A stretch of DNA of 64,000 bases from Vezdaea acicularis (GCA_026025075.1 JAPEUI010000031.1:62001-126000), one strand, 5' to 3'. Numbered from the stretch's first letter, positions 1-11,687 are shown. Notes: a model not told the origin generated them from the letters alone. Numbers and translations are program-made.

Positions 1-268
1 ATACACTCTCCACACATTTGATGCGACCGGTGCCCTCGCATATCCACACTTATACAATCGGCAGACCGTGAGAGTGGTGTTACTGTTACAGCTCCTGGAA
101 ATTGGCGGTTCTGGTCTGCCTGCCTGAATCTGCTCGAACCTCGGTACTCGATACCGTACGTTGACTTCGAGTTATTCACTGGGGTCAACAGGATAGGAGG
201 TCGAATTTGGACCTCTTCAATATACTCGAGCATTTGGGTTGGAGGTATTTCCCTCGCTGGATATCGTC

Positions 269-1564
269 ATGTCATTCTGGTTACAATACGTAGCGAATCC
301 GCCGATACCGGATCATTGTGAACCAACAACACCATTCCTAGCATTTCTCTCTTCGCATTTACACACCTGCGTACCGACTCCCCTTGCCCTCATCACAACC
401 ACTCTCGGCACCCTAAGTATCTGCTCATGGTTATTCGCCCAGCTCCCCCAGATTTTCAAGAACTACTCCTTGAAGTCGACGAGCGGCCTCAGCATATACT
501 TCTTGGTCGAATGGCTGTTAGGAGATGTCACAAACCTATTAGGGGCTATTTTTACCAGACAAGCGTCATGGCAGGTGATTATAGCTACGTACTATGTCTT
601 CGTTGACGTTGTACTGGTATACCAATATGCCTGGTACACGAAATTCAGGCCCAGACGACGAGGCAGGATCGACGTCATACATGTTGATGGGAACGATGAC
701 CGAGACAGGGAGCTTCTGCACGACATACTAGACGGCGTCCCTCCTGGCTATATACCGGACTCAGATGTGGCAAGCCAGAGCAGCACGGCTAAGCTCCGAG
801 ATCAAAATAGTCTCTTCACGACACCAAGTTACTCCTCCTCACCACCTCCTAAAGAGCACACCTCTTCCGGCTCCTCTACGCCCCAGAACAACCGCACCAT
901 CCGCCGCATTCAGAACCCCCCTTCACCCATCGCATCTCCGAGGACCTTCCTCTTTATATCTCTGCTCTGTGTCCTTGCTAGGGCGCAACCCCTATCCACC
1001 AGCACAAGCACCACTTCCCCCCAAACGACCTTCGAATCCACCTCGAGAACCGAGCTTGCAGGGCGCATTCTCTCCTGGATCTCTACACTTCTCTATCTTG
1101 GCTCGCGTCTCCCCCAGATCTACAAGAACCTTATGCGCCGCTCCACCTCTGGCCTCTCCGCAGAGCTCTTCATCGCCGCTTTCTTCGGCAACCTATTCTA
1201 CTCCACGTCCCTCCTCACCAATCCCTGCGCATGGTCCGACTTCCCTGCCTATGGCGGCGGCGGCTGGGCAGGTCCCGAAGGCAACGACCGCCTCGAGTGG
1301 GTGAGCTTGGCCGCCCCCTTCTTTCTGGGGGCGGCGGGCGTTCTGGCGCTCGATGCGACGGTGGGCATGCAATTCATCTTGTTCGGCGAGGGCGAAGAGA
1401 AGATTATCAAGGATGAGGAGGGCCACTGGCAGAAAGTCTCGGGGTGGATGAGAGGCTGGGTTCCTAGCATCAGTGCGCGGAATGGGGGGAGTGAGAGCGA
1501 GAGCGAGAGTGGGGAGCGGGAGGTGCTGCTTTCGAGGAACGGGGAGGCGTATGGGAGTATTTGA
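269..1564 (+). CDS. PQ-loop repeat vacuolar cationic amino-acid transporter (Ypq1/Rtc2/PQLC2 family)
   Basis: Two PQ-loop repeats (WLFAQLPQIFKNY; LYLGSRLPQIYKN) with hydrophobic helices and a C-terminal acidic dileucine signal EREVLL. First ATG is at 269; the ORF-track start at 239 is TTG. Confidence 0.88.
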   Translation: MSFWLQYVANPPIPDHCEPTTPFLAFLSSHLHTCVPTPLALITTTLGTLSICSWLFAQLPQIFKNYSLKSTSGLSIYFLVEWLLGDVTNLLGAIFTRQASWQVIIATYYVFVDVVLVYQYAWYTKFRPRRRGRIDVIHVDGNDDRDRELLHDILDGVPPGYIPDSDVASQSSTAKLRDQNSLFTTPSYSSSPPPKEHTSSGSSTPQNNRTIRRIQNPPSPIASPRTFLFISLLCVLARAQPLSTSTSTTSPQTTFESTSRTELAGRILSWISTLLYLGSRLPQIYKNLMRRSTSGLSAELFIAAFFGNLFYSTSLLTNPCAWSDFPAYGGGGWAGPEGNDRLEWVSLAAPFFLGAAGVLALDATVGMQFILFGEGEEKIIKDEEGHWQKVSGWMRGWVPSISARNGGSESESESGEREVLLSRNGEAYGSI

Positions 1565-1894
1565 TCGCATTTATGGCGTACTTTCCTTACTAAGAGCATT
1601 CAAGCGGTGTGGTGTATATTCAATTCTAGCATCTAGGTCTGCATTTTCATTTGGGTAGGCGCGTTCGAGTTTGAGTGGAACAGGTTATTATCGCTGTTAA
1701 GTGGTGGAAGGGTTTAGCTCCCTTTACGGAGATGGTAGCAAATGTCTAGCTAATAACCAGCTGATCAATTCGTTATAGGCGACGAAGAGGCAGCAAGCGG
1801 CAAGCGGACCGTAGAGGGAGAATGGACACGATGCAAAAAACCGTGATTCTCTAGTGACCTATATGCAATGAATTGGGGAAAACCACCTCTCGAT

Positions 1895-4750
1895 CTACTT
1901 CTTCCGCGGATCGTCAGCAAAGCGAATGCCCAAGCGCGCCGGAGGCTGTCTCGGCGTATCGTCATCATCGCTATCATCATCGACCTTACTCAACGCACCC
2001 TCACGACGGCGTCGCTCCGCCGGCGTCTCCCACAACGCGTCCTCCCTCCTTCTGCGCTCTGCCAGCGTCTCTCCTTCGTCTGCGCTGGTCCCCGCAGTCG
2101 CTCTCGGTGGAGGCCTTCGCGGCGTGCCGTCGTCGTCGCTGTCTTCTTCTTCTTGAGCGGCTTGGCGACGGCGACCGGCGGCTGTGTTGCGGAGTTTGCG
2201 AAGCTCGTCGCTGAGGGAGTGGTGCGGGACTTCGCGCGGTTCCTCTTCTTCCTCCTCTTCCTCTTCGACTATTTCGGGGCCGGTTCTTTGCTTGCTGAGA
2301 CCCTCCGCATCGGCTTTGGAACCTCTTCTCGCTTCTCCGGTGTTGGAGCTCCTCCTCCCCCCTGCTTCTGGCCTAGAACTTCTTCTTTGCTGTTCTTCCT
2401 TTGCTTCGGATTTGAGCTCCTGTTTCATGGATAGTGGGGCGTCACTATCATCTAGTAACTCCATCCGAGAGCTTGGGTCTAGTAGCTTCATCTGGTTGAT
2501 AAAGTCCACCTTGCTCATTCTGCGACCCCCTGCAGTAAAGCGCAGTCTTCGGTCCTCATCCTCGTCAGCTGCTTGAGCTTGCTCTGGTGCAGCAGCTTGT
2601 TGCTCTTCTCCTCCTAGCCATGTTCCCATTCGACTTAACACGCGTGGGCGAGGAGTTGTGGCGCTGCCTTGTGCCCCTTGCTTCTTAGCACCTGGAATAT
2701 CAAATTTCTTGACAACCTCTCCGTCCTCGTCCTCGATGATAATGGTATTGCCGTATTGATATGCAAGAGCAGGACCACGTTTACGTTCGCTTTTTGAGTC
2801 CGGCTTTCCCTGTGACTTCGCTCCGTCATGCTTCCCCCAGTTCCAGGTCCCAAGCCTCTTTTTGATGGTGTGGTATCTATGAGCCGGATGCTCAAGTTCT
2901 TGTTTGATCTCTTTCTCCACGCCCTCGCCACCACCCGTTCTTTCTTGGTCCACAACATTGCCCTCATCATCTTCAAACACAATGTTGTTGCCTTCTTCGT
3001 AAGCGTTGACTGGAGATTTCATCTTGGTGATCTCCTCGGTCGATGAAGGTGTCTCACTCTCGCCCTCCTCTTTCTTCGTTACCTCCGAATCATCGGAAGT
3101 ATGGCGGCGTTGCGGTGCAATTGCTGACTGGCTAACGGGCCCTCCAGGGCCATGAGAATCCCACTTCTGCCTCCTGGATGGCGGTCTGTTAATAGGAGAG
3201 CGGGTACCATCGTCTTCCTCTTTCTGTCTTCGCAAAAGTCCCTGACCGGGAATACCAATTGGACCGAGGCTACCTGGTGGAGCATTTTCGCCCAGTTTTT
3301 CATTAGACTCATTGCTGAAGTCAGACTTAGCTTGAGACCTTGAGAATGCCCCCGACATTCTTGGAAGCCTGTTCATCCAAGCGGGGCCCTCTTCGTTCGC
3401 TTGCGTGTATGACATGGTGATGTTCAGAGTGTTGATCCGCTTGCCTAATGTGAAGACAGCGACTGAAGAACCATGAACAAGGATCGAGGAAATAACGAGG
3501 AAGGTGGTGATCGGCCATATCAATTGAACTATCACGTAATTCTCGGAACCCGCCTCTGGTAAGACCGCCAGAGGGGTTGTGGAATCCGACTCCAACTCTG
3601 CGCGGGCAAGTATGGCGACAAAGATGGCGCCAACACCGATTGGCCCAAAGTGGCCTGCAAACAAGGCTTCTCGCCAGTTCTTTATATCTGGGATTATAGG
3701 CTTAAGGATGAGCATGATAGGGATACGTCGGAAGAAGATGACAAGGATTGAGATGACTGCTAGCCTCCATGGCGAAGTACCGATAGATGGATCGTTGTAT
3801 TGTTGCCAGGGAATGATCGATCCAAGGTAAACAAAATATGCCAGATTGAGCAGGAGGTCAATGACGTCAGATACGTGCGAGTCCTCGGTCTCTTCCTGGA
3901 ACCAACCATCATTTGAGAAACCCACTCCAGCCGCAAAGCCGACCAGGAGGTCGTCCATACCTAAGAGACTTCCAGAGCCGGCGCAGAAGAGTGCAATGAC
4001 GAAGTAGAACACAAGGAAGCTCTGCCGATCAATAATACCTTTCCGGCTCGCCCATTTGACAGCGTGTCGGCCAAGATAGCCAACTATAAAGCCATAGGTT
4101 GCACCCCAGATACACTCGTAGAAAATTGTCAAGCTGATCCAGTGCTTGGCTACCTCCCCAGCGTCAGGGCGATAACGGATCAAGTAAAGGGCAAGGTAGA
4201 TAAAAGGGAATGCCATGCCATCGTTGCACCCTGATTCGGCAGAGAGCAGGTCTCTCAGATGTTTAGGCACCCGTTTCGCGAACTTGCCCTTTCCAACGAC
4301 AGAGGATGCTAAAACGGGATCTGTGGCGGTAACGCAGGCAGCACAACAAAGACTCTCAAGCCAAGAGAGAGGTTCAATCAGCCACCAAATGAACAAGCTG
4401 GTGATGAGCCAGCCAAAGGTCATGACGGGTACTAGCAAGAGTAGGACAGACCTCCAATGCCTCTCCATGTACGCCTTGGGTAACTCAACACCAACGGCGA
4501 AACATTGTACAACCAGCACAATCCTAGAGCACTCGAGAGTAATCTGATCGGTGTTTCCCCAGGAACCCGGGTCGAAGAGATTGGCCGCATGAGGGCCAAA
4601 TATGACGCCACATAGAGTAGCTACGGTGGCTTCGCCAATGTAGAGTTTCTCTTTGACGAAAAGGGAAACCAGCATGAAAAGGCTGGTGAACCCACCAAGG
4701 ATCAAATACGCCAAATGAGGCTTGTTGATTGCGAGTTGATCCCAAACCAT
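1895..4750 (-). CDS. NHA1: Plasma-membrane Na+(K+)/H+ antiporter, Nha1/Cnh1 family
   Basis: Family motifs TATDPVLASSVVGKGKFA, AESGCNDGMAFPF and FAGHFGPIGVGA. About 12 TM helices followed by a long hydrophilic tail. Intronless, 951 aa. Confidence 0.95.
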   Translation of the reverse strand: MVWDQLAINKPHLAYLILGGFTSLFMLVSLFVKEKLYIGEATVATLCGVIFGPHAANLFDPGSWGNTDQITLECSRIVLVVQCFAVGVELPKAYMERHWRSVLLLLVPVMTFGWLITSLFIWWLIEPLSWLESLCCAACVTATDPVLASSVVGKGKFAKRVPKHLRDLLSAESGCNDGMAFPFIYLALYLIRYRPDAGEVAKHWISLTIFYECIWGATYGFIVGYLGRHAVKWASRKGIIDRQSFLVFYFVIALFCAGSGSLLGMDDLLVGFAAGVGFSNDGWFQEETEDSHVSDVIDLLLNLAYFVYLGSIIPWQQYNDPSIGTSPWRLAVISILVIFFRRIPIMLILKPIIPDIKNWREALFAGHFGPIGVGAIFVAILARAELESDSTTPLAVLPEAGSENYVIVQLIWPITTFLVISSILVHGSSVAVFTLGKRINTLNITMSYTQANEEGPAWMNRLPRMSGAFSRSQAKSDFSNESNEKLGENAPPGSLGPIGIPGQGLLRRQKEEDDGTRSPINRPPSRRQKWDSHGPGGPVSQSAIAPQRRHTSDDSEVTKKEEGESETPSSTEEITKMKSPVNAYEEGNNIVFEDDEGNVVDQERTGGGEGVEKEIKQELEHPAHRYHTIKKRLGTWNWGKHDGAKSQGKPDSKSERKRGPALAYQYGNTIIIEDEDGEVVKKFDIPGAKKQGAQGSATTPRPRVLSRMGTWLGGEEQQAAAPEQAQAADEDEDRRLRFTAGGRRMSKVDFINQMKLLDPSSRMELLDDSDAPLSMKQELKSEAKEEQQRRSSRPEAGGRRSSNTGEARRGSKADAEGLSKQRTGPEIVEEEEEEEEEPREVPHHSLSDELRKLRNTAAGRRRQAAQEEEDSDDDGTPRRPPPRATAGTSADEGETLAERRRREDALWETPAERRRREGALSKVDDDSDDDDTPRQPPARLGIRFADDPRKK

Positions 4751-5467
4751 ATTGAGGTTATCTCAAAACGAAGGTGTTTGGGTTGATGAGTAAGGTCGGT
4801 TGTTGTATATGTAGAGATAGATAGATAGAAAGATAGATGTATCGCATGGGTTTTGGAAGAGATGTTGGTAGAGATTCGTCGTCGAATAGTGTCAAGGCCC
4901 AAGACCCCAGTCGTCAGATTCCTTCAACGGACCAAAATGAGACGATCTTCGTAACATTCAGGAACTGGTTGCGCCCAGTCGCCGCTCCCCATATGCTTCA
5001 AAATAGACGCTTGTATTGACCACAGAGGGGAAGAACGTATTCGACGCACGAAACTACGAGCTTAGATGTTTGAATCTAGCTTAGACACCGTGGAAGGAGG
5101 GCTATTAAAGCTTGCATAACACTGCGAATTCCGATGAGCGTCTGACAGGTTGTTAGGAGGATGAGAGATCTTACTAGCTTCACGCGCCTTTGTTACGAAC
5201 GAAAGAAGCCTCCGGATCGTGACGGATGTTTACCCAGTTGCTATTGGAGATGTGCTAGTAAGGAATTCACAGCAAAGAGCAATGTGATTCCCAAAGAGTG
5301 TATAAGCTACTCTGTGGACTAATTGGCGAGGAGTAGATGGTCTCGAATCCTTAGAAGTGGGGTGTGGCTGAAAATTTAAACGATGAGGATGAGAGCGGTT
5401 TCGAAGATGACGGCTCCTCACCATGACCCACCAGTCCCATAGCGCCGTTCAACGGCCCACCACTGCA

Positions 5468-6149
5468 GCCAAGGAATGCCATGCTATACGACATCATCCT
5501 CCTTGCTGTAATTCTGATAGACTTTTGAAGCACGCCAAGTCGGCTAAGAGGATAATGCAAGTCTGATGATGATGGTGGTTAGCAGTGGGAGGCCAATGAC
5601 ATGAACGACTCCGTCACCATGCGAATGTTTCGTCGAACAATAGCACGCCCCGGCGCGCGGGCGACCCCTCCAAGTCGAGCCCTGCTCCAAGACTCACCCT
5701 AGCGAATGCGGTGAGCATCTGCCGGGGCCAATAGGGCAATTGCTAGAGCCGTGAAACCCGATCGCATCTGACAACCCTATTTCTAGGCAAATCGTCATGC
5801 CTGCTTGCCTTCTCCCAAGAAAGGTGTCGATCGGCAGTTTTTGCGCCGCATGACTATCACGAGATTTGATTTATCGTCCCAATATGGCGCCTCGTAGGCA
5901 TCATACTATATTTCATCTAGTAAAGAGAATAAATCAGTTGTTACCTTAGATCCTCTTTGGATTCGAAGAATGGGTTTATATTTGAATGGCACGTGAGTGC
6001 CTCGGCGCTATGTCCGCCTGGCATCTCCGAGGGGCGTGGTGCGCTGACAAGTTAAGGATCTACCGTAGCGTCCACCACCATTGTATCGGTGACATCTCGC
6101 TCCAAGCTCAAGACTTCGTGTGCACCGTGCTTCAGGAGTCCGAGCCAGG
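5468..6149. promoter_or_regulatory. Four PacC-consensus (GCCARG) sites in the divergent NHA1/palH intergenic region
   Basis: GCCAAG at 5468 and 5534, CCTGGC at 6017, GCCAGG at 6144. Confidence 0.35.
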
Positions 6150-6226
6150 AATTCAAGCCATGAATCTTTTTATCAGTGTTCACTTAGCCTGAAGGACGCG
6201 TCGTCGTTCTGCGGATGTGAACAACC

Positions 6227-8266
6227 ATGGCCTCCCTCAATCCTCGACAATTATGGGGAAAGGCACCGACGACATCAACAACAGCTTCTGTTGTGAGCAA
6301 ATAAAGTCCCTGCCTTACATTACACATGCTGACTACTCTCTTATAGCACTGTACTCCATTTACGTTGCCCTCTCGAGGCGTTATAACTCTCAATGGATCG
6401 ACAATTACGCTGGCTTCCGATGCCGTCTTTCGCCCGGAATGCACAGGCGCTGGCCAAGTAGCTGGCCCAGATCCCTCTGGAGCATCTCAACTCTCCCATG
6501 ATCTCCGAGAACCATTCTATGCTTCCACCCTACCTCAAGCTTACGCACTTGCGGTCTCGACTGCTCTAAGTTTCACCATCTTTCTCATGCTCGTCTTGAC
6601 ACCGCGGACATTCTTTGTCGGGAGCTCCGCAGGCGGCGGAGGTTCTATCACTCGTCGTGGCTTAATAAGTGGAGGCACACGTGGAAGTCCTCCCGTAGGT
6701 CAAGGCAAGAGACCGTGGCTGCAGTTCGTCGCAGCAGGCACAGTGTGCATATCCCTTGTGATTGCTTCTGTCGATACCTATAACATAGCAAAGGACCAGT
6801 ACGAGACAGGCCTCATCTATGCGCAAACACTTCGCGATCAAGTTGCTACCAGCCTTGAGATCCGCATTGTGAGAGTGATCTCCGATACTTTCCTATGGCT
6901 GGCCCAAGTCCAAACCCTAATTCGCCTCTTTCCACGTCACAAGGAAAAGGTCATCATCAAGTGGACTGGTTTCGCACTTATTGTGCTCGACACTGTCTTC
7001 ACGATTCTAAATAGCTTTGCTTACTCAGGTGCAACGCGCCCAAGAAGTTTCGTTGACGCAATCCCTGCGCTGAGCTACCTCTTCGAGCTTGCGCTTAGTC
7101 TCCTGTACGCCGCTTGGGTCATATATTATTCTCTATCGAAACGAAGATTCGCTTTCTATCATCCGAAGCTGCGCAACATATGTCTTGTCGCGGCGCTATC
7201 TCTCGTTGCTGTGTTGGTTCCAGTTGTCTTCTTTGTGCTTGATATCTCAAAACCCGACGTAGCTGGCTGGGGCGATTATGTTAGGTGGGTTGGCCAAGCA
7301 GCGGCAAGCGTCGTGGTATGGGAATGGGTTGAACGAATTGAGGCACTCGAACGAGAGGATCGAAAAGATGGGGTTCTTGGTCGAGAGATCTTTGATGGGG
7401 ACGAGATGCTGGACGTAACACCTTCAGAGGAGGTCAACTGGCCTGGAAATCATTGGCGTGACCACCGATATGGAGACGGTGACGAAGAAGGAGGTGCTGG
7501 CCCTGGGTTAACAGCAGTGGACAGATTGCGAGGTGGATTAGTGCGCCGTCTACCTCATTCTCAAGGCCCCCTCGACTCGGAATACAACCCGCGAGACCAA
7601 AGAGGGAACCAAGTCAGCTTTGCAAACGCAGTAGCCCCTCAAAGATCTTCAAGGCGTCCCGGTTCGCCCTACAATAACACAGCCTTGCCTACTTCTCCTC
7701 TTCCAGTTGCAAGTCCAGTAAGCAGGTCAGACACCGTCAGCGCGTCGAGTACTGTATACGCAATCCATTATCAGAACGTATCAGAAAACTCAACAACACC
7801 AGATCATGCTGCTGAAAACGGAGAAGAAGATGTACCACCGAAAGGCTTAGATGAGCAGGAAATTTCGGCTGAGCACGACAATCACTCTACGCATAGCGGA
7901 GACGGCGCCGCACCTGGTGTTGAAGGAGGCGCTGCGGCTACAACAGGAGGCTCACATGCAAGGCGATGGGCGACACCAGCTAACCCTTTCAAACGGCGGA
8001 AAGCGGCACCACCGCCAGAAGTTGCGGTTGCAATTCAACAGACTGCTTCAAGGCAAGTCAATACCGCTGAAGAATCGCAGCTACCAAATAACAGCGAATC
8101 CACCGGGCTGAAATCGAAGCTTGGCAGATTGGTGGCGTTACGGAGTGAAAGACCCCGGGGTAGAGGGGCAGGGAGAGACAATGAGCTAGATTTGCCTGTT
8201 ATGGTTATCCCAGCCCAACCTGCCGGAAGAACTTGGTCTCCACCAATAAATAGCGAACCGACCTGA
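6227..8266 (+). CDS. palH: Ambient-pH sensor PalH/Rim21 (7-TM)
   Basis: Exon 1 is 6227-6292, then an intron at 6293-6346 (GTGAGC..GCTGAC..TAG), then HCTPFTLPS in frame with ORF 6365. PalH motifs: DLREPFYAST, FLWLAQVQTLIRLFPRHKEK, VWEWVERIEALER. Confidence 0.92.
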
Positions 8267-8344
8267 AAGCCGCTCCCCTATCAGCATACTTCAATTACAG
8301 CAACTGGCAAAGGCTACGCCACAAGGAGATGCAAGAAGCCACAA

Positions 8345-11300
8345 TCATTGAGAGCTACTGAGCGTCAGGTCTATCAGGCCGCTCGACTGCCTTGAAACAG
8401 GCCTACTCAGTCCTTCCGCTGCTCCACCCTCTTTAGCAGTATATAAGGAGGCGATCTCCTGCCAACCATCCCCACCTGTTTTCAGGACCAAGGCCGAGTT
8501 CACTCCTCCAGGAAACCACCGTTCCCTCCTCGTGTTGACCCTATTAGTCCCCTCGAGCGCGGACCTCGCAGCCCTAGTCGTACGGATCTTCTTACCGTTC
8601 CGCCCGCTCTTTGATAAGAGGTTGCTCAATTGAAGCCTGTGCTGCTCGATGGCGAGGTCTGCGCTTATAATCGTGCGGATGTAGGGCGCAACTTCGGTTA
8701 CCAGGCTGGCGAAGGGGCCGTCTAGTTCGGAATACTGCAGAGACCCTTGAGAGTATAGCAAGACCTGGGGGAGGGAAGCGATAGGATCGAATGCGGCGGA
8801 GAACTTGCGGCGGAGGTACGGTGTGGATGTAGACTTAGTGGAACGATTAGCGATGCTGTCAAGGAGGCGCTTTTCGGATGTGAAAGCCTTGGAGACAGAG
8901 GAATTGGTTTGTGAGCTGAGGAAGGTTCGCAGGGCGAGGTATCTGGTGGTTAGGGCGATGTGAGTGCTGAGGCTTCCGTACTCAGTGACTGAGTCGGCGT
9001 GAAGAAGTGGATAGCCTTCCACGAAGTCGTTTCCGATCTTATCAGAGTAAATGAATTCGCTAGCATCGAGAGGGATCTCGCTATCGAACCGCATTGCTAG
9101 GCCGGGATGTATATCCGCAGCACTCAGAGCTTCCGAGGAAGTTTGAAAAGCACATAAACTTTGCAACCGTTTGCTTCTTGAAGTCGAGTTTTCCACCGTA
9201 TCTTCAAGTGATCCCAAGTCGAATGAGTTGCCCCAACCATCTATATCAACGCCCCATTGCTCCCAAGCTTCTAGCAGGGCTTCTTCATGGCTGAAGTTCT
9301 CGTCCGAGGGATCCACGATGTTGTCTCGATTTAGCCAACCCATACCATACTTGTAGGTCCCTTTGCTTGTGACTCGAAGCCTTTCGCCTTGTTCATTATG
9401 GTCAGTACCAGGGGGCCATCTCTGGTATATCCATTCGAGACCATTCTTCTTATCTCCGACTGCCATCTGGCACCAGAAGTCTAGGTCCATAATGGCTGCA
9501 CGTAGATCAGACCTCCTAGCTTTATAGAGCCCTTCAACTGCCTCACGCTGTAATACATGACCCTCATTGACTGCAATCAAGAGGAGATAGTCTGAAGCGA
9601 GATCAGCTGGAGGGGTTGAGAAGCGTAAGACTGCATGGAGTGATAAAGTATCAATTGGTAAACAGCTCTCATCCGTGCAAGTCAATATTGTAGGGCGCTT
9701 CGACTGCGATATTAGGGAAAGAATCGCTGGCCAAAATTGCTTGTCTTCCTCGAACAGGATGTCGACTTCCTCGAGTAAGATCAAGGATTGCTTCCGCGAT
9801 TGAGCCTGAGGTTGACAGTTATCGGGTGGTTTTGCTTTGGCACCAAGTTTCTTCGCCGGCTTCCGCTTTGCCTTGAAGAAACCATCCATCGTGCCTTGAC
9901 GACCTGATAGAACCTCGTTAGGGGTATTGTCAATAGCATCCACAAGTTGAGAGGCATCGCTTCCCACGGCTCTTTGTACTAAATGATTCTGGCTCATATC
10001 ACCAACTCTTTCCAGCACATCTTTCCCACTTCTTCGACTTCCTGCGTTAATCTCAAATACCTCAAACCCCATTTCCTCTGCCACGGCATAAACCGCAGCG
10101 GTCTTACCACAACCATGCGGGCCACTGATAACCACTGCATTCGTCAATTTACCGGTTTGGGACGATCCACCTGAAGCTGAAAGATCTCCTGACCGAATGA
10201 CCGTGCGCTTGGGCAAAAAGTCCGGTTGCATGATCTCATCACTCTCTGGGCCAGAGACTTCATCCATTTCGTCTGCCTCTTCGTCGCTCGAAACGACAAA
10301 TCCCTCTAATTTGGCTTTCCGTTTCCGCTTTCCTCGGAGAGGCTTCAAAGCATCTAGTCTCTCCCTAGCAAGACTTTTTGAACCTGCTGACGAGCTGGGG
10401 ACTTTGTTTGACTCGTTGCCCCTTTCTACAGACGCGACAGTGAGGCTCTGTAACCAATCACGAAGAATGAAAGCTTCTCGTCCAGCTTGAAGAACTTCAC
10501 AAGCAGCCCTTGGCCTATACTTTTGGGTCCAGCAAATACTTTCGCACTCACCCCTGTCAAATGGGGACAAATTATTAGGCAAAGAGGACATTAAAGGTGT
10601 CAGAGCAGGATGCGACGAAGGTGTATTCTTCCCAGAAGGGTTGGAAGCTTCGTCGTCCGTGATACTGACTTTCTCAATGCGCTCGTTCGAGCGCTTCAGC
10701 CGCGCATGCAGACTCTTCGTGATGATCGCTTGCAGGTCTTCACCAGAAATCAACTTGCGTTTGGGTTTTCGGAGATATCTCTTTGTCGGTGACGAAGACC
10801 CTTCGACCGACATTCCCAATGATCCAGGCGGTGCTTTCTGCAATTGCAAGCGACCAGATTGAGATATGATGACGTTCTCTGAGTCTTGAATCTGGATCAT
10901 GGTGCTTTTGAGCTTTCTGTTGACCGGAAGGGCATGCATATCATCACTGGTACCCAAATTCTTAGGCCAGGACATTGGGCCCCGAACATGGAAAGCATCC
11001 CCAAAAGGCCAAGGGGAAGGGGCACTGCCTAAGAGTTTGCTTGCCCGATGAGTCTTTGGGGATGGGAGGGTCTCATTGGCGGATATGTCTCTCTTCGGGG
11101 TGGACGCTCTGCTTGAAGACTCGTCATGTAATTCCTTAGCTGAGCTTTCAATCCGCCGTTCCCTTCTATCGGATTCTTGAGGAAAGTCCTGCTCATCGCC
11201 TACTCTCTTCCGCTTCCGAGGCTTCTCGTGATGATCCTTTCTGTCTTGGTGCTTTGGACCAATTTTATGGCTCTCGAGGAAAAATGGGTGAGTCTGCTTT

Positions 11301-11431
11301 GGGACAACTCGAGGAGAGGTTGAGGAAGTTGTCCTAGCGGAATCATGTTTCTGTTTGTCGAAAAAAGGATGTGGAGTCTGCTTCGATGGCAAGTAACCTG
11401 TATCCGTGCTCATGGTCGCAACAATGGCCAT
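8345..11431 (-). CDS. ELG1: Elg1/ATAD5 RFC-like PCNA-unloader large subunit (AAA+)
   Basis: WTQKYRP RFC box, Walker A GPHGCGKT, FEVFEINAGSRRSGKD, Walker B LILLEEVDILFEEDKQFW, C-terminal RTTRAARSALEG. First true ATG is at 11431. Confidence 0.9.
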   Translation of the reverse strand: MAIVATMSTDTGYLPSKQTPHPFFDKQKHDSARTTSSTSPRVVPKQTHPFFLESHKIGPKHQDRKDHHEKPRKRKRVGDEQDFPQESDRRERRIESSAKELHDESSSRASTPKRDISANETLPSPKTHRASKLLGSAPSPWPFGDAFHVRGPMSWPKNLGTSDDMHALPVNRKLKSTMIQIQDSENVIISQSGRLQLQKAPPGSLGMSVEGSSSPTKRYLRKPKRKLISGEDLQAIITKSLHARLKRSNERIEKVSITDDEASNPSGKNTPSSHPALTPLMSSLPNNLSPFDRGECESICWTQKYRPRAACEVLQAGREAFILRDWLQSLTVASVERGNESNKVPSSSAGSKSLARERLDALKPLRGKRKRKAKLEGFVVSSDEEADEMDEVSGPESDEIMQPDFLPKRTVIRSGDLSASGGSSQTGKLTNAVVISGPHGCGKTAAVYAVAEEMGFEVFEINAGSRRSGKDVLERVGDMSQNHLVQRAVGSDASQLVDAIDNTPNEVLSGRQGTMDGFFKAKRKPAKKLGAKAKPPDNCQPQAQSRKQSLILLEEVDILFEEDKQFWPAILSLISQSKRPTILTCTDESCLPIDTLSLHAVLRFSTPPADLASDYLLLIAVNEGHVLQREAVEGLYKARRSDLRAAIMDLDFWCQMAVGDKKNGLEWIYQRWPPGTDHNEQGERLRVTSKGTYKYGMGWLNRDNIVDPSDENFSHEEALLEAWEQWGVDIDGWGNSFDLGSLEDTVENSTSRSKRLQSLCAFQTSSEALSAADIHPGLAMRFDSEIPLDASEFIYSDKIGNDFVEGYPLLHADSVTEYGSLSTHIALTTRYLALRTFLSSQTNSSVSKAFTSEKRLLDSIANRSTKSTSTPYLRRKFSAAFDPIASLPQVLLYSQGSLQYSELDGPFASLVTEVAPYIRTIISADLAIEQHRLQLSNLLSKSGRNGKKIRTTRAARSALEGTNRVNTRRERWFPGGVNSALVLKTGGDGWQEIASLYTAKEGGAAEGLSRPVSRQSSGLIDLTLSSSQ

Positions 11432-11687
11432 AGATGAAGAGGAGAAGTGAAGGCTTGAAACTTCCGGTGCCCTTAGATTTTGAAAAAGTCGGCGGCCTTC
11501 AGCACACCACAATGGATGGCTCTTTTGGCATTTAGAGGTGAAGAAAGCACGTCCCAGTCTCCAGGATATATCTGACTTTGAGAAAATTTGAAAGCTGTTT
11601 ATAAAGCGTCGTACAAAAAAGTGGACAACAGATCGGCGAGGAGTAACGCAGAGCACATACACGAGCACGACTTTGCCATTTGTTCGG

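Noticed and set aside
765..2576. Antisense and alternative-frame ORFs over the PQ-loop gene and NHA1 (and similar ORFs over other genes)
   Set aside because: These are shadow ORFs of well-supported genes with no independent motifs.
11432..11668. 79-aa N-terminal extension of ELG1 from the ORF track
   Set aside because: It starts at a non-ATG codon and runs through promoter/UTR-like sequence.
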